A DNA stretch of 64,000 bases from Lingula anatina. Its lineage: Eukaryota > Animalia > Brachiopoda. The stretch spans positions 620,001 through 684,000 of the forward strand of contig CM120641.1 in the NCBI GenBank assembly GCA_051362555.1, given 5' to 3'. Numbering within the stretch: the stretch's first letter is position 1; each line of letters starts with the position of its first letter. Of this stretch, positions 12,601-25,329 are shown piece after piece. The notes under the pieces were generated by a model. The model saw only the letters and a list, made by a program, of their open reading frames with translations, made no database searches and was not told the DNA's origin. The position numbers and the translations under genes are program-made.

Positions 12601-15600
12601 CATAAAGTTGAGCCTATATACAAATCCTTTATAGTGCATTGCACTGACTAAAAATATAACAGCACTTTTTTCTCACGAAAGAAAAAAACACTACCTAATA
12701 AATATGAAAGTTAGGTTTAAAAAAACTAACATGGTGTAATTTCTTTATTTGTGTAGAAAGTAAAGTATTAAAAATAGTAAAAGTTCAGTTGAGATCACAA
12801 TTTGGACAAATTTATTTCACCCAAACCAAATTTCTAAATTTCACATCTAACCTGTAAAGAATACTGTCTCCTAAAAAACCATCGGAGCAGATATCCGCTT
12901 GGCTTTGTGTGCAAGGAAATTCTTGGAACAGAGAAAATTCTCAATATTCTTGCTGCAGCAGATGCAAACAGAAGGGGAAATACCTGGGAAGAGGTTCAGA
13001 TCGCAGACCGGGATAAGGAGGATGAAATTACAAGTTAATGAGATTGTTTGGGGTTTGCCAGTTGTTCTCTACTAAGCTTGGACAAAATAGGAAGCCGTAC
13101 ACAGTGTTACAAAGTGCAAACTGGCCAAGGACTTGGGAGGGGGGGGGATATTAACTGAACTAATGCTTGTCATAGAATTAGAATTTTAAATTTTGCTAGG
13201 AACAAAGGTTGGGGACAGTCAACTTTGTTTCATGGACCTTTAGTTTTAAACGACGTAAATTATGTTTGTGTCTCTCGCCAGAGACATCCTTGACTTCTCT
13301 TTAAAAAGCAGACAAAAAAGTATATATTTTTGGTAACTACAATTTACAAATATCATTATTCTTGAAGATGATCGATATGGCTCTTCACTTTATACAGAAA
13401 AGCTTCTTTGATGGTCTCTGTTGAAACTGTAGGCTAAAACAAAACAATTCCGTTTACTAGAGTTTAATGATGCTTTAGATGATGATAAATTTCACTTTAC
13501 CATCTCCAAGTTACAATAGGTGTGCAGTTATACCTTCAAATGATGATGATAAATTTCTCCTGGTAGACCTGTTGCAGTGAGTGCCCTCTAGTGTCAAAAT
13601 TGTCTGCGTCTGCCTCTCTTGTCATGACCCCTCGTACTTACCATGTTCTGAGAGTAAATAGATAGGACATTGCTGCTCATTTCATGGGGCAATCCATGGA
13701 GATTACTAGTTGATGGAATTTGCAAGTCAAGTGCAAAAATATCTCTTAGAAAAATATCATATTTATATGCGCAATTGTGGCGACAGATCACATTGCTCAT
13801 TACTAAGAGACTAAGGCCTTCTGCAGGGGATAAAAAAAATTAATAACCTCTAAGACACAATTTCTGTCGCTTTCATTTCTAAAGTTCATACTCATACTCT
13901 TGACATTCAAGTGGCAATTTTTATGATGAAATTGTGTATCTTTAAAAGTGATCTTTTTTATTTCCCCCTTTAAGTTAAACCTTTGGGGACTAACTGAAAT
14001 GAGAGTGGGTTGAAGAAGGTTAGATAGCCAGACTAGAAAACCATGTAGTCAGTCAACCAACTCAGGTAGCCCTCTGTCCTTCTGTTTCTCTTGAAGCAAA
14101 GATACTGTTGATAGACATCCAACCTCAGACCAGCGATGTTCATACAAAATTTGATGTTTATCCATCTCGCGCATCCTGTCATTAGCTTTATAACTTTGTG
14201 GTACTTTGCACAAGCACAATACAAAGGCATTTTTTCCCTCAGCATCTCAGTGTTGGTTGTTGAAGAGAAAAGCCTGCTGTTTACTTTATCATCAAAAACC
14301 ATGCTTTGTGGCTCTATTCAACGCCTTTCTCCACTCCATTAACCTTTCATAATATTCTTCAAATTAGAAATCATTTAATGGGCAAAATGGAAAAGGGGCT
14401 CTCCCTATATGCTGCTGATTTTTTATGTGGCTTATAAAAGCTGCGGCAGAACGTCAGCAACAGTTAGTAGAGCAGAAAGATAGGAGTACTTCATGGCTGG
14501 GACGGGTAATATGAGACGGCAAATGTTCTTGCAGTTTTAGCATTTTTGAACAGAAAATGGGCATGAAGCAGACATCAGACATACCAAAAGTAATTAAGAA
14601 TTTTGGCGGCTGAGGATTTTCCCCAGTAATAGGGACAGAATATTAAAAAATCTCTAATCCAACTAAGAGGGCACAGGATTTTGAAAAGACCAGTCGTCAG
14701 CACTCAAATTCCAAATGTGTCAGTGGGGAGATATCTGCGTATTCCAAGGTTTATCATCAGCATGTTTCACATGCATTTCCTGTTAGAATACTTTTTGGTT
14801 ATTACTTATCCTTGTTATCTTATCTTGTTAGCTTTCTTTTTATTATACTCTCTTTTTCTCTCTCTCTTTCTCTCATGCTATCCCTCCTCCCTCTGTGCCG
14901 ATCTAAGATTTTTTAATAGCTGATCTTTGTTGCGGCATCCGTCCTGGATGTAGCTAGTGTAACCCCTGCTGTAGGTTATCTGTGTTACCAACCCTGCTAT
15001 CTTGTAGTTTAGTGATGTACAGAGATTTCTATCCTTGCTTATCATGGACCATGTCATTTCCAGCCACTGTGTCAATAAGACCAGGAAAATTAATGTCATT
15101 TTGAAATTCTGATTTCCTTTTACGATTTCCATTTCTTTTTTTTCTTTCTTCTTTTATTTCTTTTCTTTTTTTATTTTGGCTGATGACTTTGATTTGAGTG
15201 CATTGCCCACTTTATATGTGATGCCTTCAGATCCGTTGCCCTTGTGAATTGGAGAAATCGAAATTGGAATCTGGCTACCTTGGGACTGGCTGGTCAGGCT
15301 CTATACCAGTATAGACACTTGGTTCAGTGTATTGATTTTGTACTGTCAAAGTCAACATTATCTCCTTTGCTGAAAAACAAATAACTGAGAGGGCCTTCAA
15401 CGATAAAACCTCAGAATGATTAATTATCCAACATCTTAACGAGTCATTAAAGGATTAATTAACAGATCTCTCCCTCATTCTGACTGTTTTTATAGTCGTA
15501 TCAATACCAGAGATGCAATAGGAATTTTAATTAAATTGAGAGGCCAACAAAAACTGATAGATACAAAGGTAATATTTTCACGTTGAAGGAAATTCAACAT

Positions 15601-18600
15601 GCCCTCATGACCTTAGTCTGTCACTGTTGGCAACTCTAAGCCATTACCCCGATATTATCATCAGATGAATTTGGATGTAAATCACACACAAAAACCCAGT
15701 AATAAAATTTTTGAGATATGTCCATTGATAAATTGTATGCGTTTCTATTATTATGTTTCCCTATTCACCGATATCTATTTTACTTTTTAAGTCCGGATTA
15801 ACCCTTTCTAAACTGTGACTTCAAGGGGGGTAGAGAATTTTCTTTCTTTCTTTTCTTTCTTTTTTTGATTTTAATTAATCAGAAAGACGAAGAAGGGTAA
15901 TAATCATAATATTGAGGCAAAGGCAGACTGGAAACAAATTGTAGTGAAAGGAAATTATTTCCCTCTTGAATGCATGCTTGAATTCATGAATTTGTACCAC
16001 CAGTATTCTCTTGCTACTCATGTTGTACAACTGTTGAGTGTGAAGCGAAATTAAGATTGGGAAGTGAGGTTTATAATTATGTGGAGGAAGAGGGCAGTCT
16101 CTGGGTCCGCCCTCTGATCTGTGATAATAACAGCAGGTGTGAAGATGTGGTACGCATCATCTTTGTTATCATTGGAGGAAATTACTTTTATATAGAGCAA
16201 TAGATGTTTATACATAAAAGTATCATATCATATGTAAACTGTTTGATTATGGTGTATTTGGTTTGTAAGAATGATTTTTTTTTATGAAAGACCTTTTAAG
16301 AAAATCTTTGTTATCCTTTTTTAAAAGAAGTATATGGATTAATTGGTTGCTGAGGAATGATGAAATATTTTTGTAAAAAAAGAAGGGAGGGAAGTACTTT
16401 TTACTCAGCGTACTGAGATTAATCATCTGCTGTGCACAAATTGGTCATCTCGTTTGTAGAGAGTTATTTGCGTTTTTGCCAGGTGTTCCAATTTAGACTT
16501 AAGATACTCCAAAGGAAATCCTTTCCCAAAATGTTGGACCCATTAAGTTTTGTTGTTTCCTGTTTGTAAAAGGTTTCTCCCATCTGCAAGATGGGGTTGC
16601 ACAGTTGTCAATAATGTGTTCACTGTGTTAGCTTCACATAAATTTCATTTTATTATTTTGAGAACATTAACTTCACAAGTCGAGTTGGGATTGAAGTATA
16701 AGAACTTTTTTAATGAGCTCCCCACTAGCAACACCACTGTAATATATGTTGGTGCGGAGAGAATAGTTTCTATGAGATGAGAATGGAGGCTATAAAATTA
16801 GTGATACATTATTTATTCCCAACACCTTGAACTATAACAGAAAAGGTTCATTATGAAATATTGCTGTATATTTTAATGAGGACTTCACTGGTGGAGTAGT
16901 CTGCTGGCGGTGCTATGGAGTTGCACATGTTTGTAGGCAAGACTAGACGTGAGAGAGGTGATAGAATATATGTTTGCTGTAGCATATGAATGAGCTGGGT
17001 TCAGTGAGAAAATGTATCTTGTATCTGACAGATTTGCCGACTGACTTTGACAGTTTCAATCTTCGCTGATTAGGCCTAACAAAATGTTCCACTCTGTGGC
17101 CAGGGTTAGGGGAAACGATGAGTCGAAATGGAGCAATAATTTTCTTCTGATGAAGAATGATAGGCCGGTTTAGCCATAGTGCCATAGCTTAGTTTACACT
17201 CCGAGCTGTCATTTTGCATACTTGTTGGGTGTTAGAGGTGAAATGCAAATTTATTTATCAGGCAACTGGTGATTCTGCATATTTATTTACTACAACTGAC
17301 TTTGAGGATACTATTGTTTTGATTGATAAAGATAGTAAAATAGAACTTTTTTTTTGTTACAGTTTATTATTTTATGCCTTTGGTATGCTTGTGTTGATCT
17401 GTTATATATATCATCTTGAATCATTTTGCACATTATTATAAAAAATCCATATTGATGATTTCTTTCTGTTTATTATTACTTATTTTATTATAATTTTTTC
17501 ACGTTTCAAAAATATGAAATTTTTCTTTTGTTTTTTTATTGTAAAAAAAAAAAATAGCAGTTAGTACTTGGCTCAAAGACTTTTGCTAAACAGGTTGGGG
17601 ATTTTTCCTCCTTGCTAACCAACTTGCAAACGCACATATACACACAGACATTGACCAAAAATAGTCCACCACCGCAAAGTTCCTGTTCTTGACATTAAGT
17701 GGGGATAACGGGTCAAAAAGTAGGCAATTTGGACTTGTTTTTCAGCGTTTTCCAAATGTTCCGCGAGTCTCTCCTCTATTGCCTCCCTGGGTATGGGGTA
17801 AGTGGGGCACTTTGAAGCCACCGGAGGGTCAGATCTTAATGGCCATACGCCGCCCGTTATGCCGTTTTGTAAGCCATGATACCAAATGTTGAGCCAGCAG
17901 GAAAAACAGTTGAGTAGTGCTGGCGGAATAATTCATTTGCATTGACAGCATACAATTGCATGGCAAAAAACATGGAAATAGCATGAAAGACATGGCCCCA
18001 TCATCTTTTGAATAATTACTTAATAATGGCATTATGCTACAGATGTTCCTTCACGAACATTTGAAATATTCATAAAATACATGATAGGCTGACAGCTATC
18101 AATGTCTTTAGTAGATTTGCTTGTTTTGAATTTAAATAAGTTATCATTCTTTAAAATATGTATAACTGAAGAAAAATATTTGGTATTCAAACTTGAAAGT
18201 ATGATATTTGATATGAATAATGTTATCTAAGAAAGACCAGTTGTCATGTTGACAACTCTCTGACTGCTCTTCCTCCACTTATATTCCACTTTATGATTAT
18301 AAAAGTTAAAAATATACTGAAATATTAGATTATCAAGACAAAACTTTTTTTGAAAGTCAGGAAATTATGTATCCGATGGTGACTTGGAATTATTATTCTT
18401 TATTAGTATAATGTTTGTTTGTCAAGGAAAGAGAAAAAAGTTGGAGAGGTTGCTTTTGCTTTGAACAATTTTTATAATCAGTGTAAGATTTTTTCTTTAA
18501 AATAGAAAAATATGAAAGAAATAATGAAGATAATTAAATAAAGAAATTATATATATGATATATGAAATATGAAACTTTTACTTGAAGAGAAAGAATATGA

Positions 18601-21600
18601 GAAATGTTTAATCCAAATATTCCCCTGTTCTTTCTTATGAAATGCAGTAGCATGTAGCAATGTACTGAAGCCAGTGCAGATTTCTGTCCGAATGTCATCT
18701 CACTAAGGACGGATGCCATGACAACCCCTATCCTGTCGGGTGACATTCTGAAATTAGCATTGGATATTTCATTACTTTTAAATATTTTATTTTATGTCTC
18801 CCAGCACTGAATGAACTAGAGGATTAACATTCATGCCTATTGTTCTCTTATTTTCATATGCTGTCCGTATTTATTATACCTTTTTGTTTTTGAATTTTTG
18901 ATATGAGTTAGATAGATGAATGAAATGCTGTGAAAAAAGTAAGATTAGCATAAATTATTTCATACTGACCACCATCAGCCTGTGGAATACACAGCAATAT
19001 TTGCACCTGTTCATAGCAAAAAATAAATTCTTTTCATATGAAAAGAATTATATTATTGCATCAAAGAAATCCTATCCAATTCCCCAGTTTATCATGTCTT
19101 GACCTAATAAGTGTAACCATAGACATAGAGCCATCTTAAGTTTCTTGTCCAAAACAAAATGCCTTAAATTCCACTGAAGCTGTTATTCTAAGGCAGTTTG
19201 CAGTCTTTATCTTCCTTATCTGTACCTGATAGTTAACTATCTCAACAACACTCAGCACACAAAAATTAGGTATTGGGATATTTTTTTCCATGGTTTGAAG
19301 TGTGACAGAATTATTTGGTTCCCAGTCTTTTTCTGTGTGACCCCGTGTTGGCAGAGAAGGTAGATTAGTATGCCTTCCACGGGTCAAAGCAACATTGTAA
19401 CAACCGAGCAGAAAAAAAAAGCCGAGCTGAAAAAATGAGAATGAAAAATGATCAGGAAACATTAGTGACTTCAACAAGTTTTGAGTTTCATTAATTTAGT
19501 TGAACTCCTTTAACTCTGAATAAAGTTGCTATAAATTTTGTTGTTGTTGTCCTTGTCAGCTTGAATATAGCAGAGGGTGGATTGTTTGGCGGTATTATGC
19601 AAATGCCATATGTTTGTATGTTTATATTGCAAATCGATGAGTTGGTTGTACACCACCTCACAAATCATGTGACATCAGTTGTCACCGGGACTATGGCATC
19701 CAGTGACAGGTTGACTGCCCTGTTTGTAACACCCTAAAATTTCTATGTCAGAACTTTGACTGGAGACACATTTATCTTGTTGTATTACACAGTATTAATT
19801 TGACATTTTCTTGACATTTTTTGGACGAATAATAACGTGAGTAAAGGAAGGATAAGGCAGTTGGGGCAGGATAGAGGTACAAAAATGGGTACTTCACTTG
19901 CAGCAGGAAAACCTCGGAACTCTCATCACCTTTTTAATTATCAAAATAAAAAATAATATTGAGAACAAACTAATGAGTTAAAAAATCCTGCAGCAGTCAT
20001 TATAGTCAGATATATATAAGTTATTACCTTAAAAGATGTATGCAGGTCAACAAGAAGTAGTAGGAATAATTTCAATTTTTTACTCTGTTTTATGTTAAAA
20101 AGATGAAGATTATTTTTATACAATATGTGTAATATGGTTATGATAATCATTTAAGGAATTACATTTTTAAGGAGAATTTCAAAGATTTTAAATGATTCCT
20201 CTTAAACCATCATTAAATGTGTATATTTAGTTGTATTTTTTACTCTAAAAGAATTATCTTAAAATATTTCCATTTGATTATAACAAACTAAGACATGTTC
20301 ATATTATTGCAATGTGTTTGAAAATATAAACTGGGAGGTTAAAAAATCATTCTTGAAAATAATAAGTTTTTTTTTCTTGGTATTTATTCACAAGATGCTA
20401 TAGAAATCACAGCAAATAGAGAAATCACTTAGCTTCTTCACTTGACCAGCGAATTTGATTTGAGCGGTTAATGATTGTTGGGAATGAAGATAACCATCGC
20501 TATCTTCAGCAGGCTGTCAAATTTGTCACTAGTAAGGTGTCTTGTCATCTGATGCTATCGTGACTTTACATGGCTGATTGGACACATAGTATTTGTGGAC
20601 ATTAATATAATTCTATTTGCTCACACTGCTAGTTTGATAAGTCATGAAAAGCCTGTGTATTAGACAGGTTATGGTGTTGGCTTGGAGTTAAGGTACTTCT
20701 TGGAGTAGCAGCAGCAGAGGAACATTATTTTTGTTTGCTTGGCATTCATGGCAGCATTGTTAAATCTAATAGCATTGTCAAGTCAGATCAAAGACAGATC
20801 CGATCAGAGTACATTTGCATGGTGACATGATAGGACTGAGGATGGGAAAAGAAGTTGAGCATTTTGTTGTTTTCTGCTTCATAACTGGGGATTCCCCTCA
20901 CATTCTGTTTTTGTGATCAGGCTTCTTGTCGATTAGGGAGAAAAAAAGAACAGAAAAAAAAAGAAACTGAACAATCTTCTTTGATATGCGTCATAAGAAG
21001 TTTGGTTTACATTTGTAGTACATCTTTTGAAAATTAAGAAAACATCACATAAAAGACAGCCTTGGTTTGCCTTTACAGTACATCTTTGGGGGGATTTGAG
21101 CAAGGACCCAGAGTTTTACTGTGTTTTCATGTGTCCTATCAGCCCAAGTCTTGTGCCTACAGATTTTATCAGATCATAATTTCTGGCTTCAGTGACATTT
21201 TTATTACTGCTCTTGTTTAAACTATTTTTGATAAAAGCACCAATCAGGTTTGACAAATTAGGGCATTAGATTATGACATTGGAGTCAAAAGGACATAAAA
21301 AAGGACTTAAAACTGAAGCTCAAGTGGGTTTGTGTAAAGAATTGGGAATTGGGTCTTGATATTGAAATGGGACATGGTATGGGGCAATATATCTTTTATG
21401 ATAAAGCTTGCCTGGTTTTCTAGTGTTGTGTATATCTGTTTTATGCTTTATGTGGTGGACATGGAACATTAATAAATGAGGTCAAAGGTCGGGAGGTCAA
21501 GGGCCAGACAATCTTGTTGTAGTGGGTACAGTTATCTCTGCTTGGCACGAAAAAAATCTGAAATTCTTGCATCTAAAGTAAGCAGAGCGTAAATTTCTCC

Positions 21601-22121
21601 CCATCATGCAAGGGACATGAAAAGAAATGAAAATATGGCAGTCCTTTGATGTGAGGGAAGAGAATGTTGTTACGTCATGAAACAAGTTTTAAAGCTTATA
21701 GCATAACATGATATTAGTGATATTAGTACGCATGTTTCTTATTAGTGTTTGGTTTTTCTGTTACGTTTTAGAGCAGTTATATTTAGGCTAATTTTTTTAC
21801 TCTGGTTCATTATTGCCAATCATTAGTGTTTAAAAGCAGAAATTTTTATTGGGATTAAGAAAAATAATTTTCCAGGTTGTGTCACACGGGGCAATTTAGT
21901 GACTTTTTTTCATTATTTTTGTCCTTGTCATTGTCTGATAAACTGTAACTAATATTCCTTCTTGCCATGGAAAAATTCCAATAGTTGATCCAAATGTGTT
22001 TTTGATTTACAAAACTATTGTTTTCTTTGATATGCTAAATTTCCTTTGATGTACAATTTTAGATACCCTCCTATTCACAGTGAGAGATTGTTAGAAATGT
22101 GTGCATTTTTTTCCTCCCCAG

Positions 22122-22270
22122 GTGACTGCCTAGACAACAGTGTGGGCTCTGGTGAAGGAACAGCAGATGAAGATGGAGACGATCGGCAGACAAAAAGACA
22201 GAAGAAAAGAGGCATTTTCCCAAAAGTAGCTACCAACATCATGAGAGCATGGCTATTTCAGCATTTAACA
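22122..22270 (+). CDS. Meis: Meis exon: acidic linker plus homeodomain N-terminal arm/helix 1 ([49 protein letters not shown])
   Basis: Polypyrimidine tract tttttttcctccccag ends at 22121 and donor gtgagt starts at 22271. Length 149 nt, phase 1 to 0. Confidence 0.98.
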
Positions 22271-25200
22271 GTGAGTACCAAATACCCAGTGATGCAATTA
22301 TCACATCTAAATGAGATATTTACAAATCCATGGGTTTGATTAATTAAATGATGAATATCACACCTTCAGAAGAACCCTCACTCTGATTGAATTTCCCTGT
22401 GCAGATTGTTTCAAGCAGGGATATCATGAGTTAAAGTAGCCAATTCAGAGGATTATCCCGGATTAATTTATCTCTGATTAACACCACTATTCCCCCCAGT
22501 GGTGGCCCAACTTAAATCCTATCAACAACGCTCCACCATCAACATCAACAACAGCGGGAGCTTACTGTGCCCTCAACACAGATTGATAAGATTAATATAA
22601 ATATTGCCCAAATATTTTATAATTGGGCCAAGTTGAAGGTATGTAACATTTTGCCACCACCTGGTGCAAATAAATAAATAAATAGTGTTACTGAGCCATA
22701 ATGTGATGCACAATTTTAATAGCAGAAACCAATCACTCATTAGTTTTAATTTTGACCTGATCAAATGTTTTTATTGTGCAGGCATCCTTTCCAAAGATTA
22801 AATTATAAAATGTAGATGGTGTGAAATGTTTCTTAACAACTTGTTTCTAAACAACAAATGAAGCTGTTTAAAAGATCACTCATCCTAAGAGCAAACAGAC
22901 ACAGAGTCATCTTCTAGTGTTTCTTTCCATTCTAAATGTACAGAAACAACATTTTCCACTGAATGTGATAGAAAATGATAGGGAAATAAGATAAGACAAA
23001 ACAACATATCCTTAAAAATAGCTGCATTGAATTTATTGGTTCATTAGTGTGATTGTTGGTCAAAAATTAGATGACTCTGAGTTTGAACTATCTGAAAAGT
23101 GGTCAGTATGATGAAAATGAATTGGTTTTCTCTGCAGACACTGGTCCCCAAGGGTGAGAGTCACTTAACTGTTAAAAAGGGAATATTACTTTTAACAAAT
23201 GATACTTGACAACTTCTTCCCAGTGCACCAAGGCACACTTTTCTTCTTGAACCTTGGTCAAATGGAGCATGTTGTCATTATTTGATTTAGGAAAAAAGCT
23301 CCCTCTCCGACATCAGCCTGTCACTAGTCCCTGTCTGTGCCTGGTGTAAGAACCATTTGAACATTCTCCTCTTCACCCTCTCCCATCTCGTCTCCAGCCC
23401 CGGCTTTCCGCCATATATCTGGTGTCATCTTTTTTGTCCTTGATGGGAACTCATTTATTTCTTTGTACATCTGATGGTGGGACTTTAAAACAATATTTTT
23501 TTTTAAGTTATGGGTATTAAGATTTTAATTATAAGCAAAAAATACGAGTGATTTTAGAACTAAAATTGTGGGATTTGACCAAGAGGATGAAGATCATTAA
23601 CAAATAGAAAAAAAGTCCAAAGAGTAGTAGCTAAAAAGTGTTGTAATTGCTTCTGAAAGGAGGAGAACTTTTTGGTACCTTGAAATAGCTTTCAGAATTT
23701 ATGACTGGCGTTTATTTTGTCTGGAGTAGTGTCTTTTTGACTTGTTTTAATTAAACTATGATTGAACAGTTTAAAGAGGAAACGGTTAGTGTGGTTTATA
23801 GATTATTGGCCTTCTTCTTTGCTGTATTTATGGTAGCAAGAATTAGCAGGTTATAGATTAACCTTGAGGTGGATGCCAAGTTTATTTATTTCAGAGATTA
23901 CTCTTGATAATTAGCAACTGCTTTTCAAAGTAAGTGGAGGGAAAGATGCTGATTAGCTGAAGAAAAATATTTATCCTCTCCAGCCTTTCCTGTATTTCCT
24001 AATTAGATCGGTCGCGTCTGCAAGCTAATTGGTTGCCCGGTCTGAACTCCAATAGAAATCTGCAACATTTCTGTAGAGAGAGTGAACCTCGCGGTGGGTA
24101 CGTGCGTGCATGTGTGTGTGATAAAGGTGGCAATAACCAGCTTAGGAAGCTGGGGAGCTTTTGGGGGGTGAGGTATGTGTGTACGTGAGCACGTCGTTGC
24201 ACCGTGTGTAGAAATGGCGACGACTCCTGACCTGGCCTGACCAAGCAGGATTTGTTTAGTGACTCAACTAGTCCTGATCCGTTACAAAGTACACAAGTCC
24301 CTTGGATATTTTATCAGCGCTGGAGGATTAGCGAGTAAAGACAGCCTATGTGATGTATTGACTTAAGCGCGGATTGGAGGTTGGGCTGCTAGTAGAGAGA
24401 AAAGCTGATTATGTTGATCAGCCAGCGCAGTTTTAAAAATATCTCAGGTGTAAGATGCACTGTGCAGTTGGATCTTCCTTACTAGCACCAAAAGTCTAAT
24501 TCAATCAGACCCTCACTTAGTCCAAAAACGTATTAGCTAGAGGAGAAAAAGAGATGAATGTGCAAGCTATGTGAAAGCCATTATGGATAGGGCTAATAGA
24601 AAAATGCTGTTTTCTGCAGTGCTACGAGTTTTGTGTTTTACTGTTCATTCTGCCAGAACCCATTATTTGCAATAATAATCTGAGCGCAGTCTGATGAGAA
24701 GTCATCAAGACCAAGACAGGAAAGATTTTATTGCACAAAAAAATACACCAATTTTCTCCAAAGTAATCAGAGACCCTGTGAGTTTTGTGGGGAAACTACG
24801 GAAAAACAAAGAACACACAGAAATTAGAGCCATTTTCCTTTGAATTGGAACATAAAGTTTTACTTTAGCGAGCAAAGTAATTTCAAGCTACGGTTAATGA
24901 AGGATGGACAACAAATGTGCAAGTTGTTGAGAGAAATTGCTTGCTTTTAACATTCATTGTCTTTCACACTGAAATTTAATGTCTGCAACCTTTCTACATG
25001 CAAATGCAATTTAGCAATAAATATGCTAGCTGGCAAAATATCATTTTCTGCAAATCACTTGCTAGTCTGCCGATTCATCCATTTTTCATCTCCAATTTAT
25101 TAGATTGGGAATCCTTTGTAAGCCTCATTGACATTTTGAAATTCATGCTTTTCTACACTGACAACCATTATGCAGAATCTGAAACATCTTTGTTGCTAGT

Positions 25201-25274
25201 AGTTTACAGGTTGGGTGTCTCTCTAGAATTCTACTATGTCACACTAGGCCATTGTGTGTACTAAAATCATTGTG

Positions 25275-25275
<1 letters not shown>

Positions 25276-25308
<33 letters not shown>

Positions 25309-25329
25309 ACACGCACACACAGACACACA
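25276..25329. repeat. (CA)n microsatellite, interrupted
   Basis: Read directly from the sequence. Confidence 0.9.
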
